Below are positions 34,090 through 44,266 of a DNA stretch of 64,000 bases, piece by piece. A program made the translations under genes and the position numbers. The DNA comes from an uncultured Candidatus Woesearchaeota archaeon (GTDB lineage: Archaea; Nanobdellota; Nanobdellia; Woesearchaeales; DSVV01). Position 1 is the first letter of the stretch. Each line of letters begins with the position of its first letter. Below the pieces are notes generated by a model. It was not told the origin of the DNA, searched no databases, and worked only from the letters and a program-made list of their open reading frames with translations. Where the stretch lies: positions 916,861 to 980,860 of the forward strand of contig OY970338.1 of NCBI GenBank assembly GCA_963717515.1, in the 5' to 3' direction.

Positions 34090-35982
34090 ATGAGCACGAT
34101 AATAAAAGAAATAATGAAACACCTGCCTGAAGACAAGATAAGCGAGGCAGTATTCGAGGCGGCAAATATAGTTCTTTACACGAAGAGCAGGGATTTCTTC
34201 TTCAACAACAACGGCGTGATAAAAGATATCGTCAACAAGATAAAGAAAAGGATAGAGCTGAGACCTGACCCTAGCATAGTCATGGAGATTGAAAAAGCTG
34301 AGACAGAGATAAAAAAGATCCTTCCGGAAGAGGCAGGCATCAGCCAGATAATCTTTGATGCCCCGAGGTCACAGGTAGTCATCGAGGCTGAAAAGCCCGG
34401 CCTTGCGATAGGCAAACAAGGCTCGCTCCTGAGAGAGATAAAAGAAAAGACTCTCTGGATACCTCTCATCAGGAGAACTCCCGCAATAAGGTCACAGCTC
34501 ATAGAGAACATCAGGGCTGTGCTATACCAGAACAATGATTACAGGAGAAAGTTCCTCGACAAGATAGGGCACAGGATATACGACGGCTGGCTCAGGCAGA
34601 AGCAGCATGAATGGATAAGGGTCACGATGCTCGGCTCAGGAAGGCAGGTCGGAAGGAGCTGCTTGTTCCTCCAGACACCTGAATCCAGGATACTTATGGA
34701 CTGCGGCGTCGATGTCGCAAGCGAAAATGATTCCTACCCTTTCCTTGATGCGCCTGAATTCAGGATAAATGAGCTCGACGCTGTCATCATCTCTCACAGC
34801 CACCTAGACCATTGCGGGTTTGTCCCCTATCTTTTCAAGTATGGCTACAGGGGGCCGGTGTACTGCACAGAACCCACGAGAGATGTCATGAGCCTTCTTC
34901 TCCTTGACTATATCAAGATCATGAGGACAGAGGGCAAGGAGCCCATATTCACGAGCGATGATGTAAAGGAGATGGTGAAGCATACCATATGCCTTGAATA
35001 CGATGAGGTCTCCGATGTCACTCCTGATGTCAGGATAACAATGCATAATGCAGGGCATATATTAGGTAGCGCAATGGTTCACCTCAACATCGGAAACGGC
35101 CTGCATAACATGCTTTATTCAGCTGACCAGAAATTCGGAAGGACCCAGCTCCTTGAGCCTGCTGTGACAAGGTTCCAGAGGCTTGAGACCCTTGTCATAG
35201 AGAGCACCTACGGCGGGAAGGACAATGTGCTTCCACCGAAGAAGGAATGCGAGGATTTCCTCGGCGAGATAATCACAAAGACCATCGACCGGCGAGGCAA
35301 AGTCCTGATTCCTGTCCTTGGGAGCGGGAGGGCTCAGGAGGTCATGCTCATAGTCGAGAACCTCGTAAGGATGGGCCAGCTTGAGCCTGTGGACGTATAT
35401 ATAGACGGCATGGTCTGGGACATCACTGCAATCCATTCTGCATACCCAGAGTATCTTAACAACAATGTTAGAAAAAGGATATTCCACAAGAACCAGAACC
35501 CGTTCCTAAACGAGATATTCAAGAGGGTGGGCTCAGGCAAGGAGAGAAAACAGCTCATCGAAGAAGCAAAGCCATGCATCGTCCTTGCAACAAGCGGGAT
35601 GCTGGTAGGCGGGCCGAGCGTCGAATACCTAAAGGCATTTGCCGAGGGCAAGCGGAATTCGCTGGTATTTGTCGCATATCAGGGCGAAGGCTCGCTAGGA
35701 AGGCGGATACAGAGAGGCGAGAGAGAGCTGGCATTTGCAAACGGCAACAGGCAGGAGCAGATGCACTTGAACATGGAAGTATACACGATTGAGGGATTTA
35801 CCGGACATTCAGGAAGAAAGCAGCTGATGAGCTTCATCTATAAGCTAAATCCGAAGCCAAGGAAAGTCATAATAAACCACGGCGAGAATTCCAGATGCCT
35901 GGACCTTGCAAGCTCAATACACAAGATATACAGGATTGAGTCTATAGCACCGAAGAACCTCGAGGCTGTGAGGATTAAATAA
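34090..35982 (+). CDS. aCPSF1-type beta-CASP ribonuclease with N-terminal KH domains
   Basis: KH-like N-terminus (GLAIGKQGS), metallo-beta-lactamase HSHLDHCG, and beta-CASP motifs. The size of about 630 aa is typical of archaeal CPSF1. Confidence 0.9.
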   Translation: MSTIIKEIMKHLPEDKISEAVFEAANIVLYTKSRDFFFNNNGVIKDIVNKIKKRIELRPDPSIVMEIEKAETEIKKILPEEAGISQIIFDAPRSQVVIEAEKPGLAIGKQGSLLREIKEKTLWIPLIRRTPAIRSQLIENIRAVLYQNNDYRRKFLDKIGHRIYDGWLRQKQHEWIRVTMLGSGRQVGRSCLFLQTPESRILMDCGVDVASENDSYPFLDAPEFRINELDAVIISHSHLDHCGFVPYLFKYGYRGPVYCTEPTRDVMSLLLLDYIKIMRTEGKEPIFTSDDVKEMVKHTICLEYDEVSDVTPDVRITMHNAGHILGSAMVHLNIGNGLHNMLYSADQKFGRTQLLEPAVTRFQRLETLVIESTYGGKDNVLPPKKECEDFLGEIITKTIDRRGKVLIPVLGSGRAQEVMLIVENLVRMGQLEPVDVYIDGMVWDITAIHSAYPEYLNNNVRKRIFHKNQNPFLNEIFKRVGSGKERKQLIEEAKPCIVLATSGMLVGGPSVEYLKAFAEGKRNSLVFVAYQGEGSLGRRIQRGERELAFANGNRQEQMHLNMEVYTIEGFTGHSGRKQLMSFIYKLNPKPRKVIINHGENSRCLDLASSIHKIYRIESIAPKNLEAVRIK

Positions 35983-36073
35983 GAAAAACCAATATTTAAC
36001 CACTCTTAAGTAATTACAAAAACGAAAGATTTAAATACTAGTTCTGACATCATTACTCCTAGTTGGGGGTAAA

Positions 36074-36592
36074 ATGAGCAGATACATAATTAGCCTGGTA
36101 GTCCTGGTCTTCTTGCTGGGATGGGTTGCGAATAATGTATATAGTGACATCTATAAAGACAATTACCAGCTGGGCCTAGTACAGGACAAGGCTGATGATG
36201 TCAGCCTCAAGGTGACTGCCAAAGAGAGAGACAGCCCTGCTGACAGGATAAAAGAGAGCCAGATACACGTATACGACAACAGTGTCGTGATCCAGGTGGA
36301 CAACCCTGAATGGTCGACCTTCACTGATACGAATTCCATGGACCCGGTCATTGATAATGGAGCTAATGCCATACATGTTGTCCCTCAGTCAGAGGATGAT
36401 CTCCAGGTAGGCGATATAGTGGCCTATGAATCCCAGTATGCAAACGGGACCATAATCCACAGGATAATCGATAAAGGGATCGACGAGCAGGGCACTTATT
36501 TCATCATGAAAGGAGACAACAATCCAACGCAAGACCCTGGCAAAGTCAGGTTCTCACAGATAAAGAGAGTCCTTGTCGCAATCATCTATTAA
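36074..36592 (+). CDS. signal peptidase I (archaeal/ER S26B type)
   Basis: N-terminal TM, the catalytic Ser motif NSMDP, and a conserved KGDNN..D box near the C-terminus. Confidence 0.75.
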   Translation: MSRYIISLVVLVFLLGWVANNVYSDIYKDNYQLGLVQDKADDVSLKVTAKERDSPADRIKESQIHVYDNSVVIQVDNPEWSTFTDTNSMDPVIDNGANAIHVVPQSEDDLQVGDIVAYESQYANGTIIHRIIDKGIDEQGTYFIMKGDNNPTQDPGKVRFSQIKRVLVAIIY

Positions 36593-36637
36593 TCATCAAT
36601 CAGAAGAAGATATAAAAAAATTGAAAAAATATTCTAT

Positions 36638-37567
36638 TCAGGGATACAGGTAAACCCTTTCTGTGCTTATCACATCAGGTGTCACGAACTGTGTAAGCGT
36701 CGGCGTACCTATCTTCGGGATGAAGTTCAGCCTTACCTGCTCATCTTCTGTTATCTCTCCAGGTGCCTCATAGCATAGCCTGATTATGTCTCCTCTCTGC
36801 AGGTTGCCTTCAACCCAATTAGTTCCCTGTTGCTCGTAGACAACCGTGAAATACCCTTCTCCTAACCTGTACGGCGTCACAGTCACCGATACATTCTCGT
36901 CTATGGTGTCGTTTGTGCTGGCAAAGCCTGATACGTCCAGGTAAGCAAAAGTGTCTGTACCATTTGTAACCGTACCTGAGTAGGCGACATCGACAGGTGT
37001 CGTCGATGCATCAGATATGTCCTCGCCGCTGTTGAGACTGAAATTCCCAGCCGAGGACAGGACAAACATGTATGTCAGATCAGTCGTGTTTGAAAGGTAC
37101 AGGTAATCGTCTGCGCCATCATCATCAAGGTCTTCCTCCAATGTGATCACATTGGGTGTCGAGTCGATGAGTCCGATAGCCTCTGCGTTCCAGGTATTGT
37201 ACCCGTTTACATTGTTCTTCTCGCAGATTCCATCTACGCCCTTGTATTTCAGAGTAGATGTCTGGTCCTTAGTGTTGAATGTGAAGATAATCTGCTCGAT
37301 CTTTATCGGGTCTGAACCAGGGCTGAGCTTCATTATCTCCTGGAAATCAGTCAAATTCCCGTTTCTTCCGTCAGTACCGGATACCTCGATTACCCTTGCA
37401 TTCGTCGATATCTGGGCCCTCGCCTGCTGGCCTGTCGAGAGGCTCTTCTCCTGGAGTGAGCCAGCAGTCTGGATAAGGACACCGGCCGCGACGGCAGCAA
37501 CCAAGAGCATTGCTATAAAAACAATCAGGGTTCCAACACCCATCTCTGCTTTCTTTTTCATCATCAT
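36638..37567 (-). CDS. archaellin-domain protein (class III signal peptide; archaeal flagellin N-terminal domain)
   Basis: KKKAEMGVGTLIVFIAMLLVAAVAAGVLIQTAGSLQEKSLSTGQQA is the canonical archaellin N-terminus. Confidence 0.8.
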   Translation of the reverse strand: MMMKKKAEMGVGTLIVFIAMLLVAAVAAGVLIQTAGSLQEKSLSTGQQARAQISTNARVIEVSGTDGRNGNLTDFQEIMKLSPGSDPIKIEQIIFTFNTKDQTSTLKYKGVDGICEKNNVNGYNTWNAEAIGLIDSTPNVITLEEDLDDDGADDYLYLSNTTDLTYMFVLSSAGNFSLNSGEDISDASTTPVDVAYSGTVTNGTDTFAYLDVSGFASTNDTIDENVSVTVTPYRLGEGYFTVVYEQQGTNWVEGNLQRGDIIRLCYEAPGEITEDEQVRLNFIPKIGTPTLTQFVTPDVISTERVYLYP

Positions 37568-37781
37568 ATTTTACACCTCGGTGATTGAAGTTGTTTATAT
37601 ATTAGTATACATATTCATACATTTAGGTAGGCTAATATATAAATGTTTCGTTTTAAGGACGTGTTTTTCGCATATTCACCACTGCCATAAAACTTATATA
37701 CCAATAGTCCATTCTCAGAGGCAGACCACGCTCCAGGGCTGATACAAGCAATTTACCCTCATTGGGGCGGAACGAATCAAT

Positions 37782-37856
37782 GGCGACTGTAGTGTAGCCT
37801 GGTTAGCATAGGGGACTGTGGATCCCCTGGCCCGAGTTCAAATCTCGGCAGTCGCC
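37782..37856 (+). tRNA. tRNA-His(GUG) with genomically encoded G-1
   Basis: Hand-folded. G-1 plus acceptor GCGACTG/CAGTCGC; anticodon arm GGGGA-CTGTGGA-TCCCC; T-arm CCGAG-TTCAAAT-CTCGG; discriminator C. Confidence 0.9.
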
Positions 37857-38032
37857 CTTATTTTCCTCTTCTGATATTGACGAAACATGAACTCATTTAA
37901 TACTTAAATATAAATTATTAATAGCTAATAAACTTACCTATATCAGTTTTGTTGGAAAGATGGCCGCCAAGGCTTGTAGACATTTCTTTATTTGTGTGAT
38001 TATCAATCCAGAATGCCATGGAGGTGGAAACA

Positions 38033-38422
38033 ATGGATAAAGTGCAGCATTTTGAGATCCCTGCAGACGACCCGCAAAGGGCAGGGAGATTCTACAAGAA
38101 GATATTCGGGTGGAATGTCGTGGATGCATCAGAGCCAGGGATGGAATATCACGTGGTGCATACGGCAAAGACTGACAGCAAGGGCATGATCCAGGAGAAA
38201 AATGCCATAAATGGGGGCATATTCAGACGGGAACATGGAGAGGCGCCAAATATCGTAATTACAGTCAAGTCAATAGAAAAGGCTGTGAAGGAAGCGAAAA
38301 CCGCTGGCGGGAGAGTGTTATCAGAAAAATCCAAGGTTGGCAAGATGGGATATTATGCAAGAATCACTGATTCTGAAGGTAACACCATCGGTCTCTGGGA
38401 GGACCTTCCCAAAAGCAGCTGA
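38033..38422 (+). CDS. VOC-family (glyoxalase/bleomycin-resistance fold) protein
   Basis: Contains HFEIPADDPQRAGRFYKKIFGW and C-terminal DSEGNTIGLWE. GGAGGTGG lies upstream of the ATG at 38033. Confidence 0.8.
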   Translation: MDKVQHFEIPADDPQRAGRFYKKIFGWNVVDASEPGMEYHVVHTAKTDSKGMIQEKNAINGGIFRREHGEAPNIVITVKSIEKAVKEAKTAGGRVLSEKSKVGKMGYYARITDSEGNTIGLWEDLPKSS

Positions 38423-38491
38423 GCCATCTCTTTATTTTTCTTTCTTGTTGACAGATGGCCCTTGCCTGTCCTGTTCACAGATATGGGGGTT

Positions 38492-39730
38492 TTATTCATA
38501 CCTCAATGCGTCGACCGGCCTGAGCTTTGAGGCCTTGTAAGCCGGGATGAAGCCTGCCAGGATTCCAACAATAAGAGATATCGAAATTGCCATGACGACC
38601 GAACTAAGGGTGATGACACCTCCTGAGCGGAAGAACCCTACATTGCCAAGGAACATAGGAATCAGGCCTGAAAGGATAGTCCCGAACACTATTCCCAATA
38701 TGCCGCCGACAAGACCAATAAGGCAGGAATTGAAGAGAAATATCAATAGGATGTCCCTGTTCCTGGCGCCGATGGCCTTCATGATGCCTATTTCCTTTGT
38801 CTTCTCAAGGACTGATGTGAACATGGTGTTTGCAATCCCCACTGCACCGACAATAAGAGATACAGCAGCGATTGCAAGAAGGAACATGCTCATGGTCTGC
38901 ATAGTCTGCTGGCGCGAGCTGTTTACCTGCTGATTGGATTCGATTGAAAAATCCTTTGTGCTGTTTGTCACATGCCTGACAAGCATGAGCTTCTTATCGA
39001 TAGCTGCAATATCAGCATCAATATTATCAACATTACTGACCTTGACGATTATAGAGTCATAGACATTGACATCCTTGTCTGTGAGCAACTGATAGGCCAT
39101 CTGGATAGGCATGTATATGTTTGTTGAGGAATCGTCAAGGACTCCGACAATCCGAAACGGGCTGTTCTCTATTGTGATCATCTTATTGATGCCTAACGGC
39201 TGGTCAAAGTATGATGATGCGAGCCTTCCGCCTATAACCACAACATTCTGGTCTGCAGAGTCAAGCAGCCTTCCTTCTGAAACTGTTGAAGTGGTGACCT
39301 CGGCCCATGTCTTCTGGTCAACTCCAGTCAATGATACCGAGCCTGATTTTCCAAGATACGAGACATCCACGCTTCCTCTTATCTGCGGATTGATATACTT
39401 GATTCCAGGAACCCCTCTGAGGGCCTGGAGGTCTGACCTGTCAAGCACAATCTTATCAGTAGTTGCTGTGGCACTTCCACCTCCGCCGAACTCCCCCCTA
39501 CCGCCTCCGAAGAATCCTCCACCCCTTGAAAAACCTGCGGTTATGGTAAGCAGGTCACCACCGAGGCTTCCGAACTGGCTCTGCACTTCAGTCTGGAGGC
39601 CCTGGCCAAGGGAAACAATGGCTATGACAGCCCCTACACCAAGGACTATGCCAATTATGGTGAGCCAGCTCCTGAGCCTGCTGTGGACCACCATGTTGAA
39701 AGCCTGCCTGAGGCATTTCGAGAGTTTCAT
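38492..39730 (-). CDS. ABC transporter permease, MacB/FtsX type
   Basis: N-terminal TM, a large extracytoplasmic domain, and a C-terminal FtsX 3-TM bundle (IGIMKAIGARNRDIL). Confidence 0.85.
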   Translation of the reverse strand: MKLSKCLRQAFNMVVHSRLRSWLTIIGIVLGVGAVIAIVSLGQGLQTEVQSQFGSLGGDLLTITAGFSRGGGFFGGGRGEFGGGGSATATTDKIVLDRSDLQALRGVPGIKYINPQIRGSVDVSYLGKSGSVSLTGVDQKTWAEVTTSTVSEGRLLDSADQNVVVIGGRLASSYFDQPLGINKMITIENSPFRIVGVLDDSSTNIYMPIQMAYQLLTDKDVNVYDSIIVKVSNVDNIDADIAAIDKKLMLVRHVTNSTKDFSIESNQQVNSSRQQTMQTMSMFLLAIAAVSLIVGAVGIANTMFTSVLEKTKEIGIMKAIGARNRDILLIFLFNSCLIGLVGGILGIVFGTILSGLIPMFLGNVGFFRSGGVITLSSVVMAISISLIVGILAGFIPAYKASKLRPVDALRYE

Positions 39731-41157
39731 TTTTTGAAGATGTCTTTTACCTTAAACTCCGGGTCAAGCAACTTTTTCTTCTTGTACCATGAGCGCATCA
39801 CAAGGCCCAAGAGCAAGACCACTATCAGGATGACATACCACTTGTACTGAGACCAGAAGCTCTGCTGCTGGACCCTGGTCCTGCCCTGGAACCCTGAGTA
39901 GGCTGATGCTCCTGCGCTTGTCGAATTGGTTGAAAATCCTGCTGTCTGCGTGTTCATCTGGACATCTTTTGTAACTGTCATCCTGTCTCCCTTGGTATCT
40001 GTGTAGTCGACCTGGATCTTGATTGTCGAACCTCCTCCTGCCAGAAATCCGGACTGGCCTGGATTAGTTGGTGTGCTGCCGGATGAACCAGATGATGTGT
40101 CTAATGATGAACCTGCTGATCCAGAGGACGGGGCTCCTTGGGAAGAGCCGGTCGTCCTTGCCCTTGACCTTTCAAGGGTGAAGCTTGCGACAGTGTAGTC
40201 CCCCTTGTTCAGGTTCCCGATTATCATTGCATTCGACCCTGTTGTTGTCCATCCGTCCTGCTTGGGTATGCTCACTGATACAGAATATGCAGGATTGCTC
40301 CCGATGTTTGCGACCGTAAAGGACGTGTCTGAGCCAGAGCTCTCTGAGAAAGCAATATCAAAATCAGTGCCGCCTCCCACATAGACTCCTGCAGTCGTTT
40401 CAATCTCCTTTTGTGTCCCAGTCAGAGGGTCTGTGTATGTCAGCTTAAGATTTATAGGATACAGCCCAGGGTCGGCATTCGTGTCAGCGATGACATTATA
40501 GTCTAGCTCAGCACCGTCACCCACATCGATGTATTTGATGTACTTGGTGTTATCGCTTCCGACAGGAAGTATTATCTGGTCATCATTCTCCCAGGAGAAT
40601 GTCAGGTCTCTTAAGGGTGAGCTCCCGACATTATTTATCGTGAATGTGAGAGGGGTCTGCTCACCGGGGACCAGGACACTCTTGTCTATGTATATGACTT
40701 CAGCAGACTGCTGGCCCTGAACATCGATATTGAGGCTCTGCTGGGTCTTGACCCCTGATCCTTTCTCATAATAATTTATCTTAAGAGGGTATGTCCCAGC
40801 TGATGCATCCTTGTCGACCTGGACCTGGAACTTCACGATCCTCTGGTTGTCCCCGTCCTGGTATGCGCTTATCGCACCCATCTCTATGGTCTTGTTCTGG
40901 CCAGGTACAACAGTGAACGGGTATTCCTCGACAAGTTCTGCCACCATGTCGTTTGCCCCGGTCCCGCCAAGGTTCACAAATCCGACCCTGGCCTCAAATG
41001 TGTTCCCTGCAAGCGCAGGGTCGGGGTTCTGGTTCACAAGACTGACTGTAATCTCTTTGATATTTGTAAGGTCAGTGGTCGTGCTGATCGCAGCAAAACC
41101 TATGTTTGCAGCCAATATGCATATTATCAATGCAATCAATCCTATTTTTTTCATCAT
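39727..41157 (-). CDS. secreted surface protein with repeated beta-sandwich (CARDB/COG1361-like) modules and a C-terminal TM anchor
   Basis: Signal peptide, repeated V.N.G pattern segments, a Ser/Gly/Thr-rich linker, and a C-terminal TM plus KKKK. It is translationally coupled to both ABC genes. Confidence 0.65.
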   Translation of the reverse strand: MMKKIGLIALIICILAANIGFAAISTTTDLTNIKEITVSLVNQNPDPALAGNTFEARVGFVNLGGTGANDMVAELVEEYPFTVVPGQNKTIEMGAISAYQDGDNQRIVKFQVQVDKDASAGTYPLKINYYEKGSGVKTQQSLNIDVQGQQSAEVIYIDKSVLVPGEQTPLTFTINNVGSSPLRDLTFSWENDDQIILPVGSDNTKYIKYIDVGDGAELDYNVIADTNADPGLYPINLKLTYTDPLTGTQKEIETTAGVYVGGGTDFDIAFSESSGSDTSFTVANIGSNPAYSVSVSIPKQDGWTTTGSNAMIIGNLNKGDYTVASFTLERSRARTTGSSQGAPSSGSAGSSLDTSSGSSGSTPTNPGQSGFLAGGGSTIKIQVDYTDTKGDRMTVTKDVQMNTQTAGFSTNSTSAGASAYSGFQGRTRVQQQSFWSQYKWYVILIVVLLLGLVMRSWYKKKKLLDPEFKVKDIFKK

Positions 41158-41906
41158 AAATCACCTCCGATTTCATGAGGAGTTTCCAAGATATCCTTAT
41201 CTGCTTTCTTGATACCTCGAGAGCTTATTATCTCTCCGTCTTTCAACTCAATTATCCTGTGCGCATTCCGTGCGATATTGAGATCATGAGTGACCATTAT
41301 TATCGTCTTTCCCTGGTCTTTCCAGAGCTCCCTGAATATGTCCATTATGCCCTTCCCTGTAGAAGTATCAAGGTTTCCGGTGGGCTCGTCTGCCAGAATA
41401 ATCCCTGGGTCAGTGACCAGGCTCCTTGCGATTGAGACCCTCTGCTGCTGGCCTCCTGAAAGCTGGGTCGGCAGATGATGCATCTTGTCGCCAAGCCCCA
41501 CCCTCTCTAGGATCGCTTTTGATCTCTTATACGCCTCAGCCTCGTTGTATTCAAGAAACTCCAAGGGCAGCATGACATTATCAAATGCAGTCATCGTGGG
41601 AATGAGGTTGTACTGCTGGAAGATGAATCCGATGGACCTGCCCCTGAATGTCGCAAGGTCGGACTCGCTCATCATGGATATGTCCCTTGATTTCAGGAAT
41701 ATCTTCCCCTTGGTGGCAATATCGAGGCAACCTATCAGGTTCATCATCGTCGATTTCCCGCTTCCGGATGTTCCGATTATCGCGACAAAATCCCCAACCC
41801 TTATGCTCAGGTTTATGCCCTTCAGCGCAGGGACATCTACATTGCCCATCCTGTATATCTTCCAGACATTTTCCAGGTTCAGGAGTATTTGGTTCTGCTT
41901 TTTCAT
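41154..41906 (-). CDS. ABC transporter ATP-binding protein (MacB/LolD type)
   Basis: Walker [11 protein letters not shown]-loop, signature LSGGQQQR, and Walker [12 protein letters not shown]. The start is taken at MKKQNQ (41906). Confidence 0.9.
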   Translation of the reverse strand: MKKQNQILLNLENVWKIYRMGNVDVPALKGINLSIRVGDFVAIIGTSGSGKSTMMNLIGCLDIATKGKIFLKSRDISMMSESDLATFRGRSIGFIFQQYNLIPTMTAFDNVMLPLEFLEYNEAEAYKRSKAILERVGLGDKMHHLPTQLSGGQQQRVSIARSLVTDPGIILADEPTGNLDTSTGKGIMDIFRELWKDQGKTIIMVTHDLNIARNAHRIIELKDGEIISSRGIKKADKDILETPHEIGGDL

Positions 41907-42062
41907 TTCGATATCCGTGGTCCTCCGGATGAGATTTTTGTTTATAAAGAAGGTGGAGGATAAGTCCACAATTGCAAATGGAAACTTTTATAGGTTTATA
42001 AAATCTGATAAGCCTGGACATTAACTTTATATATTCAATATAATAACCTCTTGTCGGGGGTG

Positions 42063-42266
42063 ATGCATATGGCAGAAAAGAATGCCTTGGATTGGATAGC
42101 ATTGGTTCTGGTGATTGTCGGAGGGCTCAACTGGGGGCTTGTCGGATTGTTCAACTTCGACCTGGTCGAAGCGATTCTCGGCTCAATCCCAGTGCTGCAG
42201 AAGATTGTGTACATCCTGGTCGGGCTGGCTGCGATATACATGATCTATTTCGCAGTAAAGGAATGA
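42063..42266 (+). CDS. DUF378 small membrane protein
   Basis: LDWIALVLVIVGGLNWGLVGLFNFDLV is the hallmark. GGGGGTG lies directly upstream of the ATG at 42063. Confidence 0.75.
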   Translation: MHMAEKNALDWIALVLVIVGGLNWGLVGLFNFDLVEAILGSIPVLQKIVYILVGLAAIYMIYFAVKE

Positions 42267-42331
42267 TATTTTTTTATTTTTATTCTCATTTTAATAGGAT
42301 TATGGATATTTGAACTTATTCTTTAAACAAC

Positions 42332-42341
42332 ATTTAAATAA
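42332..42341 (+). promoter_or_regulatory. TATA box (ATTTAAATAA) for leaderless tspO
   Basis: Centred about 27 nt upstream of the ATG at 42363. Confidence 0.4.
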
Positions 42342-42362
42342 ACAATACATCTACCTTTTTAT

Positions 42363-42839
42363 ATGAGAATAAATTATATCAGGCTTGCTGTCTCCTTGGT
42401 TGTCTGCCTCGGTGCAGGTTTCATCGGCTCTTTCTTCACATCATCATCCATCCCGACATGGTATGCAGGAATCGACAAGCCTGCCTTCAACCCTCCCAAC
42501 TGGGTTTTCGCCCCTGTCTGGACAGCGCTGTTCATCCTGATGGGGATCTCTCTTTACCTCATATGGGACAAGGGTCTGCAGAGCAATAATGTGAAGATTG
42601 CGATGGCTGTATTCGCTATCCAGCTCATCCTCAATGTGCTCTGGTCTGTCCTTTTCTTCGGGATGAAATCGCCTTTCTATGCATTCATCGAGATAATTAT
42701 ATTATGGATTGCGATTCTTGCCACCATCATCCTGTTCTTCAGCATCTCAAGGCCGGCAGGATATCTCCTTGTCCCGTACATACTCTGGGTCAGCTTTGCA
42801 GCATTGCTCAATTTCTCGATATGGAGACTGAATGCATGA
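42363..42839 (+). CDS. tspO: TspO/MBR-family tryptophan-rich sensory protein
   Basis: Five TM helices with PSWVFAPVWT-type (PNWVFAPVWTALFILMG) and YLLVPYILWVSFAALLN motifs. Confidence 0.9.
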   Translation: MRINYIRLAVSLVVCLGAGFIGSFFTSSSIPTWYAGIDKPAFNPPNWVFAPVWTALFILMGISLYLIWDKGLQSNNVKIAMAVFAIQLILNVLWSVLFFGMKSPFYAFIEIIILWIAILATIILFFSISRPAGYLLVPYILWVSFAALLNFSIWRLNA

Positions 42840-42904
42840 TTGCGCGCTCATTTTGCAATTAAAACCAATCTTTAAATAAGCTGCCTGCTTTCCCTTAAAT
42901 TAGA

Positions 42905-43651
42905 ATGAAGTTCAAAGGCGATACGATTCTCGTGACAGGAGGCGGAACAGGAATAGGCCTTTCTTTAGCCGAGGCTTTCACAAAAGAAGGCAACACAGTG
43001 ATAATCTGCGGAAGAATGATGGACAGGCTGGAGAAGGCAAAGAAGAAGATTCCGGGCCTGCATATAAGGCAGTGCGACCTCCTGGACAAGAAAGACCGCG
43101 AAAAGCTGGTCAGCTGGGTCCTGAAGAATTTCCCTGACATCAATGTCCTCGTCAACAACGCTGGTATCCAGAGGATCATAGACCTGAAGGCAGGGATTGA
43201 TGAGATTACAGGCGGAGATGATGAGATAGAGGTGAACCTGAAGGCTCTCATCCACATGTCAGCAAACTTCATCCCGCATTTCATGAAGAAAAAATATTCT
43301 GCGATCATGAACATCTCTTCAGGCCTTGGATTTGTCCCCATGTCCATGGCACCCATCTACTGCGCTACAAAGGCAGCAGTGCACTCGTACAGTGTCTCGC
43401 TCCGTCACCAGCTAAAGGATACTACTGTCGAGGTGATTGAGATAATTCCACCTATGGTGGACACTGAGCTCGGCAAAGGCTCGAGGGACGAGAGAGGAGT
43501 GACCTTCAGGGGACTCTCGACTGATGAATTCACAAAAGAGGTCATGCAAAAGCTTTCGGCCAATCAGATGGAGATAGCTGTAGGCAGTGCAGAGGGGCTC
43601 AAGAATGCTTCTGGAAAGGGTTTTGACGAAGCATTCAGCAGGATGAATTAA
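42905..43651 (+). CDS. short-chain dehydrogenase/reductase (SDR)
   Basis: TGGGTGIG cofactor motif, NNAG, and the catalytic YCATKAA (YxxxK). Confidence 0.9.
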   Translation: MKFKGDTILVTGGGTGIGLSLAEAFTKEGNTVIICGRMMDRLEKAKKKIPGLHIRQCDLLDKKDREKLVSWVLKNFPDINVLVNNAGIQRIIDLKAGIDEITGGDDEIEVNLKALIHMSANFIPHFMKKKYSAIMNISSGLGFVPMSMAPIYCATKAAVHSYSVSLRHQLKDTTVEVIEIIPPMVDTELGKGSRDERGVTFRGLSTDEFTKEVMQKLSANQMEIAVGSAEGLKNASGKGFDEAFSRMN

Positions 43652-44241
43652 GCTGCATCTTTCATGAAATACTAATAGATTTTCATCAGGCAAGCAATGA
43701 TGGATGCTTTCTGAGGTAAAAATAAGCTAATCATGCAGAAAACCAACTGATAATTTGATTTTTTTTGTTTATATCAACCTAAATCAGATAAACTTCAAAA
43801 TATATTATAGGCAATAGGGAGATATAACCATGACTATTGATTTGGATTGAGACAATCTTCAATCAAATTGATATATATATGGGTGTTGGGGAAATTTTTT
43901 TTTGTAAGCATCGTTGAAATGACTTACAAACGAAGATTGGATTCATTCAGAACATACATGCTATCATCGAGTTTACCGGAATATGGTGACCATGTGAAAA
44001 CTGTAAAAAAAAGATGGCGGAAAAGATGAAAACAACCAATGTCAGAAAAAATGTGATTGAGGTGAAAGAATTTCTTGATAAAGATGCAGAAAAAGATCTT
44101 CTCAGCAAAACTTTGATATTTGACAGGAAATCTCTTAAATTGATATCTGCATCAAAGTGAACAGGCAGGATTTGACTTTATCTTATTCATTGTTGTAATG
44201 GGGAATCTTGTGAGACATCAAATATTTTCATAATATAAAAG

Positions 44242-44263
44242 AAAAAAAAAGGGTTTCCCCTTT
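44242..44263 (-). terminator. hairpin (AAAGGG-GAAA-CCCTTT) followed by a T-run on the minus strand, just after the stop of 44267-44893
   Basis: Minus-strand read: AAAGGGGAAACCCTTTTTTTTTC. Archaeal termination commonly uses oligo-T tracts. Confidence 0.4.
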
Positions 44264-44266
44264 CTT

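Noticed and set aside
43847-44160. Small ORFs in the AT-rich gap (43847-44029, 60 aa; about 44027-44161, 44 aa)
   Set aside because: They have Lys/Arg/Ile-rich composition as expected from AT-rich DNA, with no SD or TATA geometry and no motif. They are mentioned only in the finding on the gap.
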